Shown here piece after piece: positions 9,166 to 17,169 of a DNA stretch of 29,532 bases. Both the position numbers and the translations under genes were made by a program. The stretch's first letter is position 1. Every line of letters starts with the position of its first letter. The notes beneath the pieces were generated by a model that searched no databases, was not told where the DNA came from, and saw nothing but the letters and a program-made list of their open reading frames with translations. Location of the stretch: positions 1 through 29,532 of IMG/VR virus record IMGVR_UViG_3300046779_001234. The stretch is one strand, 5' to 3'. The DNA comes from a virus (lineage: Duplodnaviria; Caudoviricetes).

Positions 9166-9959
9166 AAGAAAAGTTAGGGCTTGTCCTCGTAGCAACAAAT
9201 AAATATGTTCCGCTTGGATTAAGAATGGTTAACAGATTGAACCATTTTTGTAACAACAAAGATGATATGAGGATATATTTATATACTGATGTTGATGTGA
9301 CTGAATTTGTATCAAAGCATTCAAACGTCACGGTAGTAAACATTAACAAAAAGCATTCTTGGGGTGCAGCCCTATTCCTAAGAATGAAGGCATTAAAGGA
9401 AGTTGCTTCTTCTAATGATCATGAATTTGTTGCTGGTCTTGACGCAGATTCAAATATCTACAGAAGTTTCGATGTCGATGAGCTGGTTGCAGAAAATTTT
9501 GTTTTTGAGCACAGCTACATCACTAATGGAAGACAATTAGGTGAGTGGTGGCCATTTGAAACAAACCCTAATTCGATAGCCTATGTAGACCCAGCCAGTA
9601 ACCCAAAGAGCTATTATCAGATATGCTATTTCGGTGGTACTCCAAAAAATGTTATTAAAATGACCGATGTCGTTTTCGAGCAGCTAGACATAGACTTAAA
9701 AAATAACGCTGTCCCTACCCACTGGCCAGACGAAAGATACATGCAAAAGTATTTCGTAGAGTTCCCACCAACTAGACTATTTAACATGAATACGTTCCCA
9801 ATAATAATAGATGATAAGGGCATGGATAACTTTGTTTCTGGCGTTGACGAGCTGCCATTTTTTGGCCTTACACAAGAGGAATATGATGATCTTGTGCATA
9901 AAACGATTATGTATGACGGATTGTGGAACATAAAGAATAATAAATTTATAGCTGAATAG
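9162..9959 (+). CDS. GT6-like (ABO/alpha-1,3-Gal/GalNAc type) glycosyltransferase
   Basis: VATNKY, LDAD, FETNPNSIAYV, YYQICYFGG, WPDERYMQKYF. Confidence 0.8.
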   Translation: MKEKLGLVLVATNKYVPLGLRMVNRLNHFCNNKDDMRIYLYTDVDVTEFVSKHSNVTVVNINKKHSWGAALFLRMKALKEVASSNDHEFVAGLDADSNIYRSFDVDELVAENFVFEHSYITNGRQLGEWWPFETNPNSIAYVDPASNPKSYYQICYFGGTPKNVIKMTDVVFEQLDIDLKNNAVPTHWPDERYMQKYFVEFPPTRLFNMNTFPIIIDDKGMDNFVSGVDELPFFGLTQEEYDDLVHKTIMYDGLWNIKNNKFIAE

Positions 9960-9991
9960 GCTTATCAAATTTATTATGCTATAATATCTGT

Positions 9992-10904
9992 ATGCCATAT
10001 CATGTTGGAGAAAAGGGATCATACGGTTGTTCGGGTTACCCTGCCCTAAAAGACGACGGAACCGTAATGGGCTGCCACACTTCTAAGGAAGAGGCTGCCA
10101 ATCAAATTTATGCTATTAATGTTTCTGAGGGCAACGTTGATAAGGCAGACCCATGCTGGGATGGATATACTCAGCGAGGCATGAAGCCAGGAGATAATGG
10201 AAGAATGGTTCCAAACTGTGTTCCTGTTTCCAAGATGGATTGTTGAGGGCGATTTCGTAATGGCTATGACAACAGAAGGTGCTATTGTCGGTCAGGTAGA
10301 GCACGTAATGGTTGAAGGCGGTACCTACGGTCAGCCAGGCAACCCATATGCGGTAGAATCTACACCAGACAACCCAGCGGTAGCTATCAGAATGCTAGAA
10401 GAGGAAGACGGAGTATACTATTACACACCTTACTCAATCGGTGCACTGATGTCTGATGTAAATAGAATTAACATGCCTAACATTAGTATGGAAGACTATG
10501 AAGATGACAAATATATGGACAAAGCTGAAGGCTATTCTCCTCCTGCTGGTGCCAGGGCTGCTGCTCGTCGTGCTATTAAGTTCAAAGAAGACGGAAAAGC
10601 TAACGGAGCAGGAACTGCAGTTGGATGGACTAGAGCTAGACAGCTGGCTAATGGAGAGACACTCTCGCTCAGCACAGTAAAGCGTATGTACTCATACTTC
10701 TCTCGCCATGAGGTAGACAAGAAGGGTAAGGACTGGGGAAACACAGCAAACCCATCTAACGGATACATCATGTGGCTTGCATGGGGTGGAGACGCAGGAT
10801 ACTCCTGGTCTAGAAGAATCGCACAGCGTGAATCGGACAAGGCCATGTTCTCTGATTTCGGTAAAGATTATACAAAAACTACACGAATTACTAACATTAG
10901 ATAA
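9992..10904 (+). CDS. Multi-domain phage protein split by a +1 frameshift near 10237 (possible head-associated protein)
   Basis: ORF 9992-10246 (PCWDGY..GMK...VPNCVP module) continues in +1 frame as IVEGDFV... (Tudor-like) and a GWTRARQLA...RMYSYFSRH...WLAWGG domain; downstream ORF has no own RBS. Confidence 0.6.
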
Positions 10905-10927
10905 TTCTGTTTTGATATAATTATTAA

Positions 10928-11602
10928 ATGCAAGTAGATCTTCGAGCAATTCCAATTTATTTTATTAATCTGCCAGAGCAAAAAACTAGATATAAAACAA
11001 TAGTTAAGATGCTGAGCAAGGCAGGATTTAAAGACATTCGTCCTATCGAAGGCATAAGACACACAACATCTTATCTAGGTGTCTCTCTTAGTCATTTAAA
11101 GGCATTAAGAATAGGCGAGCAGTCTGGCTATCCATTCATAATTCTAGAGGACGACGTTGATGTCAATAAATTTATTTATAATTTTTGGCTTCCCGACGAC
11201 ACAGATATTTTCTATCTAGGCGTGGCAAAGTCTGGAAGATGCTTTGAGTGTGGTGGCCTTTCTATGGCTACTGGTGCTAAATACGAAAAGTATGATGACG
11301 GCCTGTATAGAGCCGTATCACTATTTTGCGATCACGGGAAGATTTATTTTACAAAAGCTGCGGTTGAAGCTCAAAAAAGAATGATAGCTAAGTCGCTGAA
11401 AAACAGGATGCAGCATGATATATATATGTGGAAAGAGTGTCGTGGTCTACTATGCCTTACAACACGATTCCCAATGGTATACCAGAATGATCCAGATCCA
11501 GACAAGAAGCTGTGGAAACGTGACGAGACAATGATTGATATTGAAGAATACATAAATGAAAATAGAATGGAAGTGTGCGATGACTGCTACTCAAAACAAT
11601 AA
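10928..11602 (+). CDS. Glycosyltransferase, GT25-like
   Basis: YFINL, SLSHLKAL, PFIILEDD, PDDTDIFYLG; leaderless. Confidence 0.78.
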   Translation: MQVDLRAIPIYFINLPEQKTRYKTIVKMLSKAGFKDIRPIEGIRHTTSYLGVSLSHLKALRIGEQSGYPFIILEDDVDVNKFIYNFWLPDDTDIFYLGVAKSGRCFECGGLSMATGAKYEKYDDGLYRAVSLFCDHGKIYFTKAAVEAQKRMIAKSLKNRMQHDIYMWKECRGLLCLTTRFPMVYQNDPDPDKKLWKRDETMIDIEEYINENRMEVCDDCYSKQ

Positions 11603-12383
11603 ATCCCTAGCTCATATGTTTTGGGATGGACCAATTACTACGTATCAGAAGGCATCTATTCTATCTGCATATAATGCTGGATTCCACGTCATAGTCTGGT
11701 CATTCACAACTCACCCACTGCCACCAGAAATTGAGCAACGTAATGCCGAAGAGATTTTATCTAGGAACGACATTTCTCACCTAGCTTACCAGGGGTGGCA
11801 CAGAGGACAGAGTGAGCAACATAGGGAGCGAGCACTTTATAGTGACTTCTTTAGAGCAGAGGTTCTAGACCAGCTTGGTGGGTGGTGGTTTGACACAGAC
11901 CTATTGTTTTTTAAGTCTGCACAAGAGTTTGAAAAGCTGTTGTCAAAAAATGTTGTAGCAGGCCAGGAACCTCACACTTATTTTTCTGTAAACAATGCGG
12001 TGCTTTCTTTTGGAAATAAAAAATATGCAACTCTTTACAAAAGATATCTTTACGAGCTTGGCAAAATGGGTGGAGAATACAAGTGGGGTACTTTTGGTCC
12101 AGGTGCACTAAACTCCATCTTTAATAAGTTAGGTATGAAAGATGACGTGATGCCCCAAAACTATTTTTATCCAGTAAACGTCGGAGATCGTAAGCAGCTG
12201 TATGCACACTCTGGAATAGCTAGAAAGTTTTGTTATGATAGGGTTGCAGATTCTTTTTGCCTACATTGGTGGAATAGCTCAGAGTTTAACAAGAAATCTG
12301 GGTTTGGCGATAAGCCACACAATAGTAGCTTCTTAGGTTTAGAGTTTGCCAAGGTATTCAACAAGTTTGATGGGAATAGGTAG
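11580..12383 (+). CDS. DXD glycosyltransferase (GT32/alpha-1,4-GT-like)
   Basis: HMFW, SDFFRAEVL..LGGWWFDTD, NNAVL, WGTFGP, FYP, HWWN; start ATG 11580 or 11556. Confidence 0.82.
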   Translation: MTATQNNKSLAHMFWDGPITTYQKASILSAYNAGFHVIVWSFTTHPLPPEIEQRNAEEILSRNDISHLAYQGWHRGQSEQHRERALYSDFFRAEVLDQLGGWWFDTDLLFFKSAQEFEKLLSKNVVAGQEPHTYFSVNNAVLSFGNKKYATLYKRYLYELGKMGGEYKWGTFGPGALNSIFNKLGMKDDVMPQNYFYPVNVGDRKQLYAHSGIARKFCYDRVADSFCLHWWNSSEFNKKSGFGDKPHNSSFLGLEFAKVFNKFDGNR

Positions 12384-12388
12384 TTACG

Positions 12389-13207
12389 ATGGGCAGAAAA
12401 GCAATAGTAATATTTGCAACAAATAAATATTTTGTTCTTGGACTAAGACTAATATCACACTGGGAGCATCACTATAAGTCAGACAATAAGATAGATTTTA
12501 TTTTTATATCCGACTCTGATCCAAAACAGTATTATGACAAGAAAAATATACACTATATCCCAGTAGGAAATGATCTATCTTTTCTAGACATAATGATTTT
12601 ACGTTGGGCATATGCGTCTAAGATAGCATCGTTCGGCCTCCATGACGAAATATTGATGATAGATGCAGATACGTCAATCAATAAAGACTTTAGCGATGAA
12701 AACTTTTCTAGTAACCTTACAATGGTCAAGCATCCAGACAATGACAACAGAGACTGGATACTTAATCATTCTTTTGAAAATAACAAAAGATCATCAGCCT
12801 ATTTTAGATTTACTAAAAATGAGGTTTATTACAATGCAGGATTACTTGTAGCATCTCCAAAAGTAATGATAGATCTTAATGAGCATATATCTAAGTGGTA
12901 TCGTCAGAATATAGCTATGGGTATAAGCACCCCATGGCATGATGAAACCTATATAAATAAGTATGCACATACCGTAAAGATACCAGAAAAGATTCTCTAC
13001 CAAGATACAGTATTTCTGACTATGAGTGATAAAGGCGGTAGCTCTATGATAACTGGCCACTCGTCAGGCAGCGGAGTCTATGTATTCGATAATGCCAGAG
13101 CGATAGACAATGCATACACTAAGATACTGGAGCAGTTGCATGCTATGGATATCAACAACTGTAAGTGGATAATCTCAGATGAAGGTAAGATCCAAATAGT
13201 TTCTTAA
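12389..13207 (+). CDS. GT6-like glycosyltransferase (second copy)
   Basis: FATNKY, IDAD, FENNKRSSAY, YYNAG, WHDETYINKY; paralogue of 9162-9959. Confidence 0.8.
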   Translation: MGRKAIVIFATNKYFVLGLRLISHWEHHYKSDNKIDFIFISDSDPKQYYDKKNIHYIPVGNDLSFLDIMILRWAYASKIASFGLHDEILMIDADTSINKDFSDENFSSNLTMVKHPDNDNRDWILNHSFENNKRSSAYFRFTKNEVYYNAGLLVASPKVMIDLNEHISKWYRQNIAMGISTPWHDETYINKYAHTVKIPEKILYQDTVFLTMSDKGGSSMITGHSSGSGVYVFDNARAIDNAYTKILEQLHAMDINNCKWIISDEGKIQIVS

Positions 13208-13476
13208 CTATTTTCACGATAATGAGTTCTAATCTTGTGACAATTTGAGCAAACAACTTCACACTTAGCAACTTCTTTCCAAGCCATCTCTTCACCATAG
13301 TTTCTAAGAACACGATATACGACATCAATCTTTTGGAATCCAGGCATGTGATCAAACTCTAGGACGTAGTGTGGGAAATGTTGACGGCAGTCAGCACAGC
13401 CTTTCTTCTCTTTATAGAGATGAAGCTCTTCTAAAACCGCAGCCATAGCCTTGCGGTGCTTGGCAGACTTTACCAT
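13204..13476 (-). CDS. Small HNH endonuclease-like protein
   Basis: CADC...LEFDH...KCEVVCSNCH..RT motif. Confidence 0.8.
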   Translation of the reverse strand: MVKSAKHRKAMAAVLEELHLYKEKKGCADCRQHFPHYVLEFDHMPGFQKIDVVYRVLRNYGEEMAWKEVAKCEVVCSNCHKIRTHYRENS

Positions 13477-13522
13477 ATAATACTATTTTATCATTGTATT
13501 AATAATAACGGTATAATAAACC

Positions 13523-13639
13523 ATGATAGATATTCACTATAAAATGCCATGTGGGCATAGTGTTTCTGGAATTAATTATGAAGAAATTTTTGTCAATATT
13601 TTCTACCACATTTGCCTTGACAAGATATACCTTCAGTGA
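13523..13639 (+). CDS. Small leaderless ORF (38 aa, MIDIHYKMPCGH...)
   Basis: TATAAT 13512-13517, ATG 5 nt later; not in the ORF track. Confidence 0.4.
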   Translation: MIDIHYKMPCGHSVSGINYEEIFVNIFYHICLDKIYLQ

Positions 13640-13651
13640 TATCATATAGGT

Positions 13652-13819
13652 ATGGAAAAAGATATTGACGAAAATAAGGCATTTCAAACATTTGCCTTGG
13701 AAGACTTACAAAAATTTATTGCTACTTCGGGAAAGTCCACCACTGAACAAGAGCTTCTTGCTTGGCAAATGGGCTACATTGCAGGGGTAAACCGTGCGAT
13801 GGGAATTAAGAATGGCTAG
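13652..13819 (+). CDS. Small hypothetical protein (55 aa), paralogue of next gene
   Basis: TTGACA-17-TATCAT-6-ATG; TEQELLAWQMGYIAGVN motif; not in the ORF track. Confidence 0.75.
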   Translation: MEKDIDENKAFQTFALEDLQKFIATSGKSTTEQELLAWQMGYIAGVNRAMGIKNG

Positions 13820-13985
13820 ACAAAACAAAAGAGAGGATGCTAGGATGATTCGTAGCATTCTTAATAAGGCTAAGTCTGCTATGGTTGATTGGATCGTTAA
13901 GCTTGGCTATACTCCAACGGATGAAGAGCTTAGAGCTTGGCAGTCTGGCTATATTGCTGGACTAAATCAAAAAGAGTCTAATTAA
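13812..13985 (+). CDS. Small hypothetical protein
   Basis: TDEELRAWQSGYIAGLN motif; start moved to ATG 13812. Confidence 0.75.
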   Translation: MARQNKREDARMIRSILNKAKSAMVDWIVKLGYTPTDEELRAWQSGYIAGLNQKESN

Positions 13986-14170
13986 TCTTCGTAGGGGATT
14001 TCAACAAGTGGATAAGTCTCTTGGCAAGATAGGCAGTAGTGGGTGTACTCCTTTACTACTGGGCCACCAAGCACAACGACATTAGCACGAGAAAGTGCTA
14101 TATCATCCATGGTTGGATACCCGTACCATATTGGTACCATCTTTGAGCTATTGCATAATGGACAGTTCAT
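13982..14170 (-). CDS. Zinc-ribbon protein
   Basis: CPLC...YGYP...LGG...CLSC; start moved to 14170 (TGGTAAAAT-7 nt-ATG). Confidence 0.75.
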   Translation of the reverse strand: MNCPLCNSSKMVPIWYGYPTMDDIALSRANVVVLGGPVVKEYTHYCLSCQETYPLVEIPYED

Positions 14171-14312
14171 ATAAATAATTTTACCATAGTTATACAATCA
14201 TATAGAGATTAAGCATATTTTTTATTTAGTTATCGAAATGTAATGTATTTATTGACAAGAAATTAAAGACAAAGTTATAATTGATATATTAACTAAATAG
14301 AAGGAGAGTCAT

Positions 14313-14534
14313 ATGACTACAGTTTATACAAAGCCTGCATGTGTGCAGTGCGACATGACCAAGCGGTACATGGATAAGAACGGTATTGAATACAATACTA
14401 TTGATATTACTAAAGATCCAGAAGCTTTGGACATGATTCTTGGCATGGGATTCTCCTCTGCACCAGTTGTTATCTCTGAGAAGGGTAGCTGGGCAGGTTT
14501 TCAGCCAGAGAAAATTGACCTCCTGGCTGCTTGA
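14313..14534 (+). CDS. nrdH: NrdH-like glutaredoxin
   Basis: VYTKPACVQC, APVV, WAGFQPEKI; AGAAGGAG RBS; upstream TTGACA...TATAAT. Confidence 0.93.
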   Translation: MTTVYTKPACVQCDMTKRYMDKNGIEYNTIDITKDPEALDMILGMGFSSAPVVISEKGSWAGFQPEKIDLLAA

Positions 14535-14575
14535 CTTTTAATTCCTAATAACCTATAATTATTGAGAGAGAAGAG

Positions 14576-14818
14576 GTGGGTATGAATTTTATCATACAAG
14601 AAGTTGAAGACCATGTAGACGAGCATGCTCATGGTAATTTTAGCCTAGAATCGTTGGCCGAAGTAGTATTCGGGACGGAGCACATTATTGCAGAGTTCTT
14701 TTGGAACGCTGTTTTTATTCTTGGAACATACCTTTTTACTAAGGCTGTTGCACTAAGAAAGATTCATAAATACGTAGACGACAAGCATGGGGTTACCCAT
14801 AAAGATGGAGGGTACTAA
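14576..14818 (+). CDS. Hypothetical membrane protein, His-rich
   Basis: One hydrophobic segment; coupled to groES (TAATG). Confidence 0.65.
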   Translation: MGMNFIIQEVEDHVDEHAHGNFSLESLAEVVFGTEHIIAEFFWNAVFILGTYLFTKAVALRKIHKYVDDKHGVTHKDGGY

Positions 14819-15093
14819 TGGAACTAAGACCATTAGAAGATAAGGTTATTGTAAAGCCTATCAAGGAGGAGGCTGTTTCTGCCTCTGGACTAATTATTCA
14901 GAGGGCATCGGAAGAAAAGCCTTCTGAAGGAATAGTGGTTGCCGTTGGTCCAGGCATGGTGTTTGGTAACGGCAGTAAGCTAGAGATTGATCTTAATGTT
15001 GGTGATAAGGTTGCCTATTCTAAGTATTCTGGCGTAGAGTTTGAGGAATATCTCATTCTGCCATACAAAGACATTCTTGCAGTGATTGGTTAA
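14818..15093 (+). CDS. groES: Co-chaperonin GroES
   Basis: LRPLEDKVIV, SASGLII, GIVVAVGPG, VGDKVAYSKYSGVE, DILAVI. Confidence 0.95.
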   Translation: MELRPLEDKVIVKPIKEEAVSASGLIIQRASEEKPSEGIVVAVGPGMVFGNGSKLEIDLNVGDKVAYSKYSGVEFEEYLILPYKDILAVIG

Positions 15094-15811
15094 GGAAATG
15101 ATGATTATTAAAGATTTTCCAGATCCTGTAAAGGTATTGGATGAGGGATATGTACGTTTGGTTGATACTCTTGGGGATGACCTATCTGTTGTTAATGCTG
15201 CACGTGTATCGTACGATAAGGAGTCTCGATCGTTTGAGGCCAGGGATGAGAAGCTTATTAGCTTCCTCATTCGTGAAGGGCATACGTCGCCATTCCGCCA
15301 CGCTGCACTTACCTTCGAAGTCTACGCACCGCTATTTGTTGCAAGACAGTGGTGGAAGTATGCAGTCGCATCAACCCATGTAGATGAGCAAAATGGCTGG
15401 AACGAGTCTTCTCGTCGCTATATCACTGAGCATGAACAGTTTTATGTTCCATTGCCAGACGCATGGCGTAGCAAGCCAGAAAACAGTAAGCAGGGTTCTG
15501 GCGAGCCAATTGATCCAGAGGTAGGACACATGCACTTTGAGCGTCTCCTCAAGACCATCGAGGCTGGTACACGGATGTATCATGACGCTATGAATGATGG
15601 TGTTGCTCCAGAACTAGCACGTCTATTCCTACCTGCCTATGGCATGTATGTTCGTTGGCGTTGGACTGTATCGCTGCAGGGAGTTCTAACATTCCTTGAC
15701 CAGCGACTAGAGCATGACGCACAGTGGGAGATTCAGGAGTATGCTAAGGCTGTTCGCAATCTGTCTGAGCAGGCATTCCCAGAAACAATGAGAGTGCTTG
15801 GTTCGCTATAA
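15086..15811 (+). CDS. thyX: Flavin-dependent thymidylate synthase ThyX
   Basis: VVNAARVSY, GHTSPF, PLFVARQW, NESSRRY, ELARLFLP, R...AQWEIQEYA; start may be ATG 15098/15101. Confidence 0.93.
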   Translation: MVKEMMIIKDFPDPVKVLDEGYVRLVDTLGDDLSVVNAARVSYDKESRSFEARDEKLISFLIREGHTSPFRHAALTFEVYAPLFVARQWWKYAVASTHVDEQNGWNESSRRYITEHEQFYVPLPDAWRSKPENSKQGSGEPIDPEVGHMHFERLLKTIEAGTRMYHDAMNDGVAPELARLFLPAYGMYVRWRWTVSLQGVLTFLDQRLEHDAQWEIQEYAKAVRNLSEQAFPETMRVLGSL

Positions 15812-16359
15812 TGATTATCGGTTTAAGTGGTTATGCACAGTCTGGAAAAGATACCGTTGCAGAACATTTGGTAGAGCACTATGGTTATCGCAGGGTAGCC
15901 TTTGCCGATCCAATTCGTAAAGCTCTTTACAGACTCAATCCTAAGATTGATATTGCAGATATGGTTGGAGTGCCTTTGGCTACTGCAGTGGATGGCCTTG
16001 GATGGGAGAATGTTAAGGCAGATAGCGAAGATGCTAGAAAGCTTCTGCAGCGAATGGGCACAGAAGTTGGTAGAGATATGTTTGGTAGCGATATCTGGGT
16101 TCAAAAGGCATTTGAGGATAATAATGTAACATCTGATGACAAGGTGGTATTTACTGATGTACGCTTTCTGAATGAGTATGCACACATCAAGTCTTACTAC
16201 GGTAAGGTATGGCGTGTAGAGCGTCTTGGAGTTGGCCCTGCAAATACGCACGTATCTGAGAGTCAGCTAGACACAGCATCATTTGACGGTATTATTACTA
16301 ACAACTCTACCAAAGATGACCTATACCAAACACTTGACTATTTGATGCAACACCTGTAG
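15811..16359 (+). CDS. Deoxynucleoside monophosphate kinase
   Basis: IIGLSGYAQSGKDT P-loop, FADPIR, RKLLQRMGTEVGR, TDVRFLNE, HVSE. Confidence 0.9.
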   Translation: MIIGLSGYAQSGKDTVAEHLVEHYGYRRVAFADPIRKALYRLNPKIDIADMVGVPLATAVDGLGWENVKADSEDARKLLQRMGTEVGRDMFGSDIWVQKAFEDNNVTSDDKVVFTDVRFLNEYAHIKSYYGKVWRVERLGVGPANTHVSESQLDTASFDGIITNNSTKDDLYQTLDYLMQHL

Positions 16360-16372
16360 AATAGTAGGTATA

Positions 16373-16446
16373 GGGGAGTTAGCTCAGCTGGTTAGAGCAG
16401 CGGACTCATAATCCGTCGGTCACGGGTTCAAGTCCCGTACTCCCCA
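16373..16446 (+). tRNA. tRNA with CAT anticodon (probably Ile2/lysidine type; elongator Met not excluded)
   Basis: GGGGAGT/ACTCCCC acceptor, GCGGA-CTCATAA-TCCGT anticodon arm, TTCAAGT T-loop; paired 1:72 so not an initiator. Confidence 0.9.
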
Positions 16447-16458
16447 CGAAAGGAACAT

Positions 16459-16797
16459 ATGAAAAATACTAAAGTAAAAATTGGTCCAGAAACATTTAAG
16501 ATTGAGTTTAGAGCAACCAGAGACGATGGTCTGCTAAATGATAGCAACTATGGCTACACTCTAGACCAGAGTAACCTAATTGTAGTTGCATCTGACATTA
16601 GTGAAAGCAAGCAAAAGGTTACTGCTTTACATGAGATCCTTCATGCTGCACGTATGATTTACGAGGGTACAAGTTCACCAAAGAAAAAGGATGACTATGA
16701 TACATGGGAGCATCACTTCATTAGTATTTATGAGAAGGCAATGTTAGTAGTAATAAGAGATAATCCAGAACTGATATCTTGGCTGCAATCAGAATAA
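16459..16797 (+). CDS. Phage protein with HExxH metallopeptidase-like motif
   Basis: TALHEILHA and downstream EH; GAAAGGA RBS. Confidence 0.7.
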   Translation: MKNTKVKIGPETFKIEFRATRDDGLLNDSNYGYTLDQSNLIVVASDISESKQKVTALHEILHAARMIYEGTSSPKKKDDYDTWEHHFISIYEKAMLVVIRDNPELISWLQSE

Positions 16798-16805
16798 AAG
16801 ATTGT

Positions 16806-16885
16806 CTCCCAGTATCGGCTCACTCTTATAAGGTGTAGAAACCGTAGTTGGTGACACGTTGGTTCAAGTCCAACCTGGGGGACCA
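16806..16885 (+). tRNA. Non-canonical tRNA-like gene, anticodon TAT (Ile), no D-arm at the normal position
   Basis: CTCCCAG/CTGGGGG-A-CCA acceptor, GTTGG-TTCAAGT-CCAAC T-arm, CACT-CTTATAA-GGTG anticodon arm only ~8 nt after the acceptor strand. Confidence 0.7.
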
Positions 16886-16886
16886 A

Positions 16887-16967
16887 GCTCTTGTGATGGA
16901 ATGGCAGACATACTAGACTTAAAATCTGGGGACGAAAGTCGTGTGGGTTCGAGTCCCACCAGGAGTA
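16887..16967 (+). tRNA. tRNA-Leu(TAA)
   Basis: GCTCTTG/CAGGAGT acceptor, CTAGA-CTTAAAA-TCTGG, long variable arm GAC-GAAA-GTC, TTCGAGT. Confidence 0.93.
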
Positions 16968-16972
16968 CATAA

Positions 16973-17045
16973 CCCTTCATAGCTCAGTGGATAGAGCAGG
17001 ACACTTCTAATGTCAAGGCCGTAGGTTCGAATCCTACTGAGGGGG
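16973..17045 (+). tRNA. tRNA-Arg(TCT)
   Basis: CCCTTCA/TGAGGGG acceptor, GACA-CTTCTAA-TGTC, GTAGG-TTCGAAT-CCTAC. Confidence 0.93.
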
Positions 17046-17055
17046 CGGAGGAATT

Positions 17056-17169
17056 ATGGCAAAAGAGTCATTAAAGTTTGGATGGTGTATGACTGGTCAT
17101 CACAAACAGTGCATTAAAGTATTACCCAGTTATCCAGATATAAACTGTAGATGTGAATGTCACAACTAA
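17056..17169 (+). CDS. Small Cys/His-rich protein (37 aa)
   Basis: GGAGG RBS; GWCMTGHHKQC...CRCECH; not in the ORF track. Confidence 0.7.
   Translation: MAKESLKFGWCMTGHHKQCIKVLPSYPDINCRCECHN

Noticed and set aside
10244-10246. TGA readthrough or genetic-code reassignment
   Set aside because: Continuation lies in another frame; TAA, TAG and TGA all end intact genes elsewhere; no suppressor tRNA seen.
13204-13476. HNH as part of an intron or mobile element
   Set aside because: Free-standing with its own promoter; neighbouring genes are uninterrupted; no terminal repeats seen.
16728-16970. 80-aa minus-strand ORF
   Set aside because: Antisense shadow of the tRNA genes.
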